In this document: positions 21,440 to 29,834 of the stretch, piece by piece
Layout of the letters: every line of letters begins with the position of its first letter
How positions within the stretch are numbered: position 1 is the first letter of the stretch
Source: Candidatus Lokiarchaeum ossiferum
GTDB taxonomy: Archaea > Asgardarchaeota > Lokiarchaeia > Sigyniarchaeales > Promethearchaeaceae
Length of the DNA stretch: 32,000 bases
Direction of reading: 5' to 3'
Assembly (NCBI GenBank): GCA_025839675.1
Contig: CP104013.1
Span: 1 to 32,000 of the forward strand
Position numbers and translations under genes: made by a program
The notes under the pieces: generated by a model
What the model was told of the DNA's origin: nothing
The model's database searches: none
What the model saw: only the letters and a program-made list of their open reading frames with translations

Positions 21440-23020
21440 TTAATCCTTTGAATCTCCTTTCCTTTTTATTGCTTCAATAACTTTGCCTTCACCCCAATAC
21501 CAGAGCACACCTATTGGAATACAAATAATCCAACAGATTAAAAGATAAAGAAATACGTAGAATGAAATTATTTCTCCTGTAGCAACTCCATTAAACCAGT
21601 TCGTAGCCAGTTCTCCTTCAAAATAACTCGTACCCCATATTCCGGTAAAAATTGCTAAAACTATGATTTGAATGAATAGAATATGGTATGTTGAACGCCC
21701 TACCATGCGAATTCCATCAAATAATCTTCCATTTGGATTATTGGGTACGAAATGCATTACAAGTAAGATCCAAAGAGCTGAATATCCATAAACCATCAAT
21801 TGATAATCTCCAAAGAGGAACTCTATGCGAAGACCTCTAAATTGATAATTTGTAATATATATTAAGCTTATCATGAAGAAACTCCAAATAAACCCATTAC
21901 GGTTATCTTTTTTCCAGAATAAAGTAAGTATTATTGGTAAAGCATAAGCAACTAATATACCAAAATATAGGAGTAGTTTCAAAATTAATGGGCTTCCATT
22001 TTCAATCAATTCTGTATATAGCGTTATCAACCCTCCACCAAAAATTACTAACCCTATGTGTATCGGCAATTCTCGTTTTAAAAAGTTCTGCTTATGTTCT
22101 GCAAAATTCCACATTAGTAGTAGAGATATAATAAAGAACATCCCAATTAAAAAATAACCTACACTAAAGAAATTTGGTTGTATTGCAAGAATTGTTAAGA
22201 CAAATAGGATCAATATCGCCCCAGAAAGAAGTAAAAATTTCTTGTCATTAGAAAAATGTTTGTTGGAAATTTCTTTTCTCAGAGTAAACCCTTCTGAAAA
22301 CCAAAAACCTAAGGTTACTGGAAATACATAGCGAATAAAACTTAAAGCTATCCAAACCCGTTTATGCCAATAAATTATGTATTCTTCCATGGATGATATG
22401 AGATAATTTGGGCCAATCCAAGTATATAGAGCAAGTTGAATGGCTGCATCAAAAATAAACGTCAGTAAGAGTGTCCATTTTGGACTTTTCTTATAGAAAT
22501 AATACAATAATGGTAGGAAAATAATTGATTGAATAACTACACTTATAAACCAATTTCCTGGGCCAGAATAGGGGAGAATTCCTAATAAATACTGAAATTC
22601 ACCCCAACTGCCTGTTGTACTAAATCTTTCATTTATCATCTGACTAAAGCTACCATTGTAAAATGCAAAAACCCCAATGATGGTTGAAACAATCCAAGCA
22701 ATGATAAAGGGTGCAAAATATCGAATAATCTTACCAATAAAATATTTTTTTGTGTAGAGATCTCTTAACGTTGATTGATTTTTTTTTTGAAATGAGAATC
22801 CCATGTTCATCCCCATCACAATCAAAAAGACTGGGATGGATATTCGTTCCCATAACGTGTTACCATAAGGGTGAATTAACCCCGCAGGAACGGTATGATC
22901 TACTATAACCAATAAAATCATTATCGCTTTAAGTAAATCGAGTTGAAAATATCCTTTTGGTAAATCATCTACCGGTTTTTTTTCCGAAATAAAACTATTA
23001 GAATCATCAATTTTTTCCAT
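21440..23020 (-). CDS. acyltransferase-3 (OafA/YrhL-like) family integral membrane protein
   Basis: The N-terminal YFQLDLLKAIMILLVIVDHT matches the LD-x-LR/K-x-hydrophobic-x-H signature. More than 10 hydrophobic segments follow. Confidence 0.6.
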   Translation of the reverse strand: MEKIDDSNSFISEKKPVDDLPKGYFQLDLLKAIMILLVIVDHTVPAGLIHPYGNTLWERISIPVFLIVMGMNMGFSFQKKNQSTLRDLYTKKYFIGKIIRYFAPFIIAWIVSTIIGVFAFYNGSFSQMINERFSTTGSWGEFQYLLGILPYSGPGNWFISVVIQSIIFLPLLYYFYKKSPKWTLLLTFIFDAAIQLALYTWIGPNYLISSMEEYIIYWHKRVWIALSFIRYVFPVTLGFWFSEGFTLRKEISNKHFSNDKKFLLLSGAILILFVLTILAIQPNFFSVGYFLIGMFFIISLLLMWNFAEHKQNFLKRELPIHIGLVIFGGGLITLYTELIENGSPLILKLLLYFGILVAYALPIILTLFWKKDNRNGFIWSFFMISLIYITNYQFRGLRIEFLFGDYQLMVYGYSALWILLVMHFVPNNPNGRLFDGIRMVGRSTYHILFIQIIVLAIFTGIWGTSYFEGELATNWFNGVATGEIISFYVFLYLLICWIICIPIGVLWYWGEGKVIEAIKRKGDSKD

Positions 23021-23069
23021 TAATTTGTTCTAATCATCTTTATATATAAATATTCACGTTTTTGAATAT

Positions 23070-25211
23070 CTAAAATTGGTTTTCTATTTGTTCTCTTTCT
23101 TGTTTAATATGTTTAATTTCTTCTGCCCAAGAACTACTAAATTCACGATCCCATTTCACTAGCAATTGTAAGATTTCTTCTTGAAGATTTAAGAATTGAA
23201 TGACTCTAAAGCGATTTTCCCACCATAATCTTAATATTAAAATTGAATCTTTTTCTCCTTGAGGACCTTGAGTATGCAGCCACCGAGTAAAATGAGGAGT
23301 GAAATATAATAATACATTTTCTTCAATGAGATGTTCATGATAAAAAACAGTGAGTGGCCGGGTTGGAAACAGCCGGTACTGTTCATTATAAAGAGGAGAT
23401 AGTCGGGCAAGTATTGATTTAATATCACTCTCATCAATCCACATAATATTTTCTTGGGAAAGATCTTTTTCTAATTTTGCAATTAACTTCCATTTCTTTT
23501 CAAAATCGGGATTTAGGGCAATCTCAGTTAATTTATTTGGTTGTTCATAGTATGTTCGAAATGCGATATAGCCCAATTCTTCTTGAAATTCAAAGAGTTT
23601 TGATTTATTGGTTAAAATCTCGTATTCTTGAATACGATGTTCAAGTTGGTCATAGTTCCTTAAATTTAATAAAATCAATAATTCAATCTGGGCTTCTGCG
23701 AGAGTGAATTCGTTTTGTTGCTTCAGTAATTCTATAATTGCTAAGGTACGATTATAAACTCCCGAAAGAAAAGATTGTTCAATATAATATACCACAAATT
23801 GTTTCTTAGTTATTTTCTCTCCTCTAAAGGAAAATTCTAATTGTGAATCCCACCCAATGGAGCGTTGAACAATTAATTGATTTGTCATTATATCTAGTAA
23901 TATGAGAACGATGGGGTGAGAAAGACTATATTCTTTGGGATTTTCAATGAGATTCACCAAATTTTCCCCCTTTAATTGTAGCATCCGGATTAATCGTTGA
24001 ATACGATTATAATTTAAATTTCTTGATGTGCTCATAAGGTGTATAAAAATACTGATTTTCGTTTCGTTTTGTAACGTTTTTGGAGATATTATTTCCCAAA
24101 TTGCATCTTCTTCTTCCTCTGATGGGTTTAAACTCAATATCGAAACAAACTTTTGTAAATCTTCTTCTCCTAATTTTAAATTATTGAATAAAGCTTCCCG
24201 AAGATCTTCAGATTTTCCATATAACTTTGAAAGATGAATAAAAAGTTTGATTTTTTCTTCGATAGGATGATTTCGAGTGAAAATAATTTGATTTAAGATG
24301 GTTTCCTGCAATTCATCATTATCAATATCAGCTTCCAACATTTTAAGTAATTCAAGATTAGATTTTGTTTGCAAGCTCAAATATATTTTTGCTTGGATTT
24401 CTTCCGGATTTTCGATAATTTCCTCTTTAGATTCATCTTCATGTAGTGATTTTGCGGTGGTATTCTCCTCATCTGGGTAATTATCATCGCTATCACTCGT
24501 GAAATCTTCTTCTTCTATCGGTTGGGAATAATGTTCCAATTCATAATCAATTAAATTATTTGTGTCATCTTTAGGAGATTGAGTCGGAGAAGAGATTGGT
24601 TTATCCAATTTTTGTTCGATTTTCTCAAGAACATTTGTTAAACGTTTAAAGACATGTATTTCCTCTGAAATAGGCCTTTGTTGAGCCGTAATTGTTTCAA
24701 GATATGGGTGTGGCAATTTTTTTTTATTATGACGAGGATCCTTTTTTTGCAATGTTGCTTCGAGTGAAATTTGTTGTGTATTTCTGGTTTTAACTGTTTT
24801 AATCGAATTTATTTGTTTATCCGGATCATTTAATGGGTGTATCCTTTCTCCTTGAGGTAATTGTAGTGTCGCTTTTTGTTGATCGGATTCAATTTTATCT
24901 TTCAATCGCTTAAGTTCGCCTAAAAGCCAAATTTCCCCCTCATTTGTAATCTTGTATGCAAAATATCTCCGTTCATTCTCAAGTTCCTTGACTTTTTTAA
25001 TTTTGCCGTCTTTGATTAAATTATTGTAAATTTTATAGAATGTTCTACTACTTTTTCGAATAATTCCCGGAAGATTTGCATTGATTTGGGTAAGCTTATC
25101 TTGCCGAGTTATTCCGTTCTTCCACAAAATATAAAGAATTTTCTCAAGCTGCGTGGATTGCTCAAGAAAAAGTTCTTCCTCGAGGGGAAGTGGTAGCGAT
25201 TTCGGTTCCAT
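23070..25211 (-). CDS. large hypothetical protein: N-terminal PadR/MarR-like winged helix, acidic linker, ~430 aa helical C-terminal region
   Basis: The N-terminus reads ILYILWKNGITRQDKLTQI...FYKIYNNLIKDGKIKKVKELENERRYFAYKITNEGEIWL. An acidic stretch follows (EEDFTSDSDDNYPDEENTT). I do not recognise the rest. Confidence 0.55.
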   Translation of the reverse strand: MEPKSLPLPLEEELFLEQSTQLEKILYILWKNGITRQDKLTQINANLPGIIRKSSRTFYKIYNNLIKDGKIKKVKELENERRYFAYKITNEGEIWLLGELKRLKDKIESDQQKATLQLPQGERIHPLNDPDKQINSIKTVKTRNTQQISLEATLQKKDPRHNKKKLPHPYLETITAQQRPISEEIHVFKRLTNVLEKIEQKLDKPISSPTQSPKDDTNNLIDYELEHYSQPIEEEDFTSDSDDNYPDEENTTAKSLHEDESKEEIIENPEEIQAKIYLSLQTKSNLELLKMLEADIDNDELQETILNQIIFTRNHPIEEKIKLFIHLSKLYGKSEDLREALFNNLKLGEEDLQKFVSILSLNPSEEEEDAIWEIISPKTLQNETKISIFIHLMSTSRNLNYNRIQRLIRMLQLKGENLVNLIENPKEYSLSHPIVLILLDIMTNQLIVQRSIGWDSQLEFSFRGEKITKKQFVVYYIEQSFLSGVYNRTLAIIELLKQQNEFTLAEAQIELLILLNLRNYDQLEHRIQEYEILTNKSKLFEFQEELGYIAFRTYYEQPNKLTEIALNPDFEKKWKLIAKLEKDLSQENIMWIDESDIKSILARLSPLYNEQYRLFPTRPLTVFYHEHLIEENVLLYFTPHFTRWLHTQGPQGEKDSILILRLWWENRFRVIQFLNLQEEILQLLVKWDREFSSSWAEEIKHIKQEREQIENQF

Positions 25212-25423
25212 TCTTGATTATGAATAGTTCAAATTACTTTAATATTATTCGTAAGGAAGGAATATTATTGAGTTGATAATGGGCTTAAATGGAAGATTTC
25301 TAAGTGAAAATAATACCGACAATCCCAAACTTCCTCTAAATTTTGTGGAAAAATCTTTATGAAAATTACTTTTTCGTCATAAAAATATAACCGCACTACA
25401 AAATAGTTCAATTGTCCAATAGA

Positions 25424-25431
25424 TTTATATA
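25424..25431 (+). promoter_or_regulatory. candidate TATA box (tttatata)
   Basis: A perfect octamer 50 nt upstream of the subtilase ATG. Confidence 0.35.
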
Positions 25432-25481
25432 TTACTTGAATAAATGTGACATCATCACTAAATAATTAAATTGTGATAATC

Positions 25482-26435
25482 ATGAAAAAAATCAATAATA
25501 TTTTACTCGCAGGTATGATTCTTTTATCCTTTAGTTTAATGGCTGTTGAAGCCTTTGCTACTGAGAATGATACTGTTATGTATTCCATTATGGGAAGAGG
25601 AGGAGGAACTGTTCCAGTAGAACAGCCCCCTCAAGAGATTCCATGGGGAATCACTCGTATTAATGCAATTTCAGCAGCAAGTGCAGTAGACGAATCATCT
25701 GTAATTGTTGCCATATTGGATACGGGGATGGATTTAGATCATCCTGATCTCGCTGCACTTTATGTTTGGGGCTATGATGTAGTGAATGAAGATGCAATTC
25801 CTGATGATGATCATGGTCATGGAAGTCATTGTGCAGGAACCATCGCTGGAATTGATAATGATATTGGTGTAGTTGGCGTTGCACCTGAAGTTGGGCTCTA
25901 TATCTTGAAAGTCTTAAATAAGCGCGGTTCTGGAACAGATGCTCAAGTCGCTACAGGAATAATCATGGCTACCAATGGTCCTGATGCTACTCCTGGAACC
26001 TCTGATGATGCTGATATTATTTCTATGTCTTTAGGTGGAACTTATTCCGTAGAAATTGAGGATGCTGTTGCTTATGCTATTTCTTACGGTGTGGTTGTAG
26101 TCGCAGCAACAGGAAATGATGGTGCTGATGTTCCTTCCTATCCTGCAGGTTATGATGGTGTAATTAAAGTCGGAGCCACTGATATTAATGATGATATTGC
26201 TTCATTCTCAAATCGTGGTGAAACTATCTTAGCTCCTGGTGTAAATGTTTATTCAACTTACAAGAATGCTGGATATGCCACTATGAGTGGAACGTCTATG
26301 GCTACACCTCATGTCGCTGGTGTGTGTGCCTTGGCAATTGCTGCCCATCCTTCATATACATCGGCTCAGATCGTCGCCTTAGTTGAGGGATCTGCAGATA
26401 ATGCTGGTGTTGTGAACGCTCTGGGTGTAATATAG
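25482..26435 (+). CDS. secreted subtilisin-like serine protease (peptidase S8)
   Basis: A signal peptide (MKKINNILLAGMILLSFSLMAVEAFA) and the catalytic triad motifs VAILDTGMDLDHPDL, HGHGSHCAGTIAG and MSGTSMATPHVAG. Confidence 0.9.
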   Translation: MKKINNILLAGMILLSFSLMAVEAFATENDTVMYSIMGRGGGTVPVEQPPQEIPWGITRINAISAASAVDESSVIVAILDTGMDLDHPDLAALYVWGYDVVNEDAIPDDDHGHGSHCAGTIAGIDNDIGVVGVAPEVGLYILKVLNKRGSGTDAQVATGIIMATNGPDATPGTSDDADIISMSLGGTYSVEIEDAVAYAISYGVVVVAATGNDGADVPSYPAGYDGVIKVGATDINDDIASFSNRGETILAPGVNVYSTYKNAGYATMSGTSMATPHVAGVCALAIAAHPSYTSAQIVALVEGSADNAGVVNALGVI

Positions 26436-26447
26436 GGGTTCAAACAA

Positions 26448-26458
26448 TTTTTTTTTTT
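26448..26458 (+). terminator. oligo-T tract (11 T) after the subtilase stop
   Basis: A run of 11 T beginning 13 nt after the TAG stop. Oligo-T tracts act as archaeal termination signals. Confidence 0.4.
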
Positions 26459-26518
26459 CAACTCCACTTCTTATGTTTTATTGGTCTATTAATAAAAAAT
26501 GAGCGAATAGACATAATC

Positions 26519-26526
26519 TTTATATT
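26519..26526 (+). promoter_or_regulatory. candidate TATA box (tttatatt)
   Basis: The atctttatattt context matches the putative 16S promoter core. It lies 55 nt upstream of the ATG at 26581. Confidence 0.3.
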
Positions 26527-26580
26527 TATTATGAACAAATGTTATATTATCACCTAATTTCTACAACACAGTGATTTATT

Positions 26581-27684
26581 ATGAAAAAATTTCAAAAATT
26601 TTTAATAACCTTTTTGTTGGTATTTTCACTCAGTGCGTTCATGTTTGATGCTCAAGCAAGTTCCAATACTAGAGGGTCGCGACGTCCTCCTTGGGAACCT
26701 ACAGATGCTAAACCGGTATGCAGTATTGTTTCACCAACGAATGGGGAAGCCGTAGAAGGAATCGTTTCGATTGTTGTTTCCGCTACTGATGATAATGGGG
26801 TAATTGAAGTTGTTATCACCGTTGATGGGGTTACAATTATAGGTACTACTTATGATTGGGACACAACGGGTTTAGCTGACGGAAGTTACAGTATTTTGGC
26901 TACTGCGACAGATACTATTGGACAAACCACAACAGACTCCATAACGGTAAATATTGGAAATACTTCTCCTGGAACCGGAGACGGAATTGTTAACAAATAT
27001 GCAGTCATCATTGGAATTTCTGATTATGATACAATTAGTGATTTAAGTTTCTGTGATGAAGATGCCAATGATTGGTATAATTATCTCGCCCCTAAGGGTT
27101 ACCAAATCACCCTATTGGGAGATAACACAAATACATATGCTCGTCCAATAGACGGAATTGCTACTGAAGCAAATATGAAGCAAGCAGTCGCTGATATTTT
27201 GGCTATTGCTGATGCTGATGATATCATTGTGTATGCTACCAGTGGACATGGAACTGAAGTCAAATCTGGAAATGGTCGTACTGCAACATACAAGCAAGCC
27301 ATTTGCGCTTGGGATTGCTCCGCGGGTGTTGATGGGGAAGATGGGTTGCTTTATGATTCAGAATTTGCAACAATGTGGGTCTCTGCCGTTTCTAACGTCT
27401 TTATTTTCATTGATCATTGTTTCAGTGGAGGTATGGATGAATTATTCGATGCTCCTAATGCTGATTGCTTCTACATGACAACTACTTGTTCTGCAGAAGG
27501 TTTAGGATATGATGCTTCCGAATATAGTAATGGTATGTGGACTTATTGGTTCTTAGAAGCTGCTTTAGTTAATCAAGGTTATACTGATTTGCATGAAGCT
27601 TATGTTTATGGGTATACTAATTACTCCATCACTAAGGAAGTCGATCTTCCTTGCGAATTTGGGGTTGCTGATTTCAATTTATAA
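26581..27684 (+). CDS. secreted protein: signal peptide, Ig-like (Big) domain, caspase-fold (C14-like) cysteine peptidase domain
   Basis: - Signal peptide: MKKFQKFLITFLLVFSLSAFMFDAQA.
- Big-type repeat: IVSPTNGEAVEGIVSIVVSATDDNGVIEVVITVDG...YDWDTTGLADGSYSILATATD.
- Caspase-like core: KYAVIIGISDY, with a His in YATSGHG and a Cys in FIDHCFSGG. Confidence 0.75.
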   Translation: MKKFQKFLITFLLVFSLSAFMFDAQASSNTRGSRRPPWEPTDAKPVCSIVSPTNGEAVEGIVSIVVSATDDNGVIEVVITVDGVTIIGTTYDWDTTGLADGSYSILATATDTIGQTTTDSITVNIGNTSPGTGDGIVNKYAVIIGISDYDTISDLSFCDEDANDWYNYLAPKGYQITLLGDNTNTYARPIDGIATEANMKQAVADILAIADADDIIVYATSGHGTEVKSGNGRTATYKQAICAWDCSAGVDGEDGLLYDSEFATMWVSAVSNVFIFIDHCFSGGMDELFDAPNADCFYMTTTCSAEGLGYDASEYSNGMWTYWFLEAALVNQGYTDLHEAYVYGYTNYSITKEVDLPCEFGVADFNL

Positions 27685-27718
27685 GTTCACGCTGAATCCC
27701 TCTTTAATTATTTTTTAT

Positions 27719-27738
27719 GGGGCGAAAGCCCCTTTTTT
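27719..27738 (+). terminator. GC hairpin (ggggc-gaaa-gcccc) followed by a T6 tract
   Basis: A perfect 5-bp GC stem with a GAAA tetraloop, followed directly by tttttt. It lies 35 nt after the stop of the gene at 26581-27684. Confidence 0.55.
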
Positions 27739-27810
27739 CCCCCTTTCTTGACAAATCCATAGTATATTGATTTTCATCACATTTTTTTAGATGTGCTCTT
27801 GTGATAATCT

Positions 27811-28518
27811 ATGAACATTTTTATCACGGGTGGTAATCGTGGAATTGGTTTAGAATTCGTCAAACAGTTTGTGAGTAAAGGGAACACAATCTTTGCTTCC
27901 TATAGAAATCCTAATGGAATATCTGAACTAGAGAGTATTAAAGCCACCTATCCTAATAATCTACACCTCATTTCATTGGAAGTATCCAATCCGGAATCAG
28001 TACAAAATTGTTATAATATTATATCATCCCAAATTTCAAAGTTAGATCTTTTAATTAATTGTGCTGGGATCATCTCTGGAGGGAGCCAACGAAATTATCC
28101 ATTAGGTACAATGGCGGCTGAAGATATTCAGCGTGTTTTTTCTGTCAATGCAATTTCTCCATTGAGAATTTGTGAACAATTTCTTCCTCTTCTCGAGAAA
28201 TCTGATATGCCTCGAATTATTAACATTAGTAGCAAAATGGGTAGCATTGGATTAAAGAAGGTTACAGGTAATTATAGTTATTGCGCAAGTAAGAGTGCCT
28301 TAAATATGTTCTCCAAAATGATGGCTATCGATTTACAAGATAAAAATATCACCGTTTTAACTTTTCATCCTGGCTGGGTTCGAACCGATATGGGTGGTCA
28401 AAACGCAGAGATATCCCCCTCAGAATCTATCTCTGGTATGATCACTGCTATTTTTAGCCATACATTAGAAGATTCAGGGAAGTTTCTTGATTGGAACGGG
28501 AAAGAATTACCATGGTAA
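27811..28518 (+). CDS. short-chain dehydrogenase/reductase (SDR) family oxidoreductase
   Basis: It has the ITGGNRGIG nucleotide-binding motif, NCAG, a catalytic Ser region, and YCASKSALN (YxxxK). Confidence 0.88.
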   Translation: MNIFITGGNRGIGLEFVKQFVSKGNTIFASYRNPNGISELESIKATYPNNLHLISLEVSNPESVQNCYNIISSQISKLDLLINCAGIISGGSQRNYPLGTMAAEDIQRVFSVNAISPLRICEQFLPLLEKSDMPRIINISSKMGSIGLKKVTGNYSYCASKSALNMFSKMMAIDLQDKNITVLTFHPGWVRTDMGGQNAEISPSESISGMITAIFSHTLEDSGKFLDWNGKELPW

Positions 28519-28656
28519 ATATCGCAGCTTGTGTATTTTAAGTATCTATAAATAATGATCCCATTTCCCATCTGGAACAACAAAACAAAAGACGTTTTTT
28601 CATTGTGCTTGTGTTCTTGGTGACATAACTAAAAGTTCTTTTGGTTTTGCTTCTTC

Positions 28657-29061
28657 TTACAATATTTTTAATAATACTATGGCAATTATAGCTAATCCAG
28701 CTATAGTCCATAATGCATAATAGCTAGTTCGTTTTATTGAAAATGGATTAATTTGCATAACTTTGCACCATTCAATGATTAAGTTGAAGGAATCTGCAAT
28801 TTCAGTTGAAGGTAATGCAGGTTCAGTTTTTATATCAATTGAAACAAAGGTATTTTTTAAATTTCCTTTGATCTCCATCTGATAAATAATAAAATTATCA
28901 TTCATTTGATTAGATCGTCTATAAATAATTACTCCTTCCCTCTTTTCCTCATTAAATTCTTGGGTTCTAATTGAATTAAACGGAAAACTCTGCCCAAATT
29001 CTATTGATTTCTGAAAAACTTCCGATGGTTGGAGTGGAATTTTATACCTCAGTGAATTCAT
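28657..29061 (-). CDS. hypothetical protein with a C-terminal transmembrane anchor
   Basis: ATG start, with an in-frame stop just upstream. The C-terminus (YYALWTIAGLAIIAIVLLKIL) is hydrophobic. Confidence 0.45.
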   Translation of the reverse strand: MNSLRYKIPLQPSEVFQKSIEFGQSFPFNSIRTQEFNEEKREGVIIYRRSNQMNDNFIIYQMEIKGNLKNTFVSIDIKTEPALPSTEIADSFNLIIEWCKVMQINPFSIKRTSYYALWTIAGLAIIAIVLLKIL

Positions 29062-29204
29062 TTGTCAACCTTATCTAAGGAATGTATTTTCCGTTTTTAA
29101 ATCTGATGATCAAAATCAATGATCAGAATCCTTCTGGAATTATTTGTTGATCTTAAATACATATTTTGGGCTATTGTCCAATTAATATAAAAAGGATCTA
29201 AACA

Positions 29205-29212
29205 TTTATATT
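29205..29212 (+). promoter_or_regulatory. candidate TATA box (tttatatt)
   Basis: It lies 33 nt upstream of the ATG at 29245. Confidence 0.3.
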
Positions 29213-29244
29213 ACTACTGGTCAAAAAGTACTTGTGGTAAAACC

Positions 29245-29751
29245 ATGATACGCACTCACGCTCAAAAAATAATACTTGGAATATTTCTTATTGGATTAGT
29301 CGGTTTCGTAGGTAATTTATCTTCAGTATCGGCTTTAGGTCGCGGAGCTGAAGTTGCTCCAGTTGATCCTCTAATTATTAATGACGCATATTATTGTGAT
29401 AAAGATGGAGATGGATTGGAAGACGATGTAATTACTATTTTCACGCTTTATTCACCAACAGGATTGGTCGCCGATGTTGATGCTGTTATCGATTTATCCA
29501 TTCTTTTACCTTCAGGACAAATCTTTTCTTTTTCCTATCGATTAAAAGAGACTTTTATTGACCTTGAATTAACCATAGAATGGTACAACTGTGCTGTAGA
29601 AGATGGTTGGTATGATTTCACTGTTTTAGTCGATATGCATGGATTTGATATTGATCGAACTCATTTCGATGGGATTGTCACAGAAACTTTGACTTTTGAT
29701 CCTCGAGAAGTTGGAGGGGCTGGCTTACCCTTCGCAATTGTTTTATATTAG
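29245..29751 (+). CDS. secreted acidic hypothetical protein
   Basis: It has an N-terminal signal/anchor (IILGIFLIGLVGFVGNLSSVSALG). The mature part is D/G/V/T-rich and includes a DKDGDGLEDD segment. Confidence 0.55.
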   Translation: MIRTHAQKIILGIFLIGLVGFVGNLSSVSALGRGAEVAPVDPLIINDAYYCDKDGDGLEDDVITIFTLYSPTGLVADVDAVIDLSILLPSGQIFSFSYRLKETFIDLELTIEWYNCAVEDGWYDFTVLVDMHGFDIDRTHFDGIVTETLTFDPREVGGAGLPFAIVLY

Positions 29752-29834
29752 AATCATAAAGTTCTAATCTTTTTTTTTATTGAAAAACATGTAATATCAA
29801 CATAAACATCATTTTTACTGCTGGTTCGAAATAC

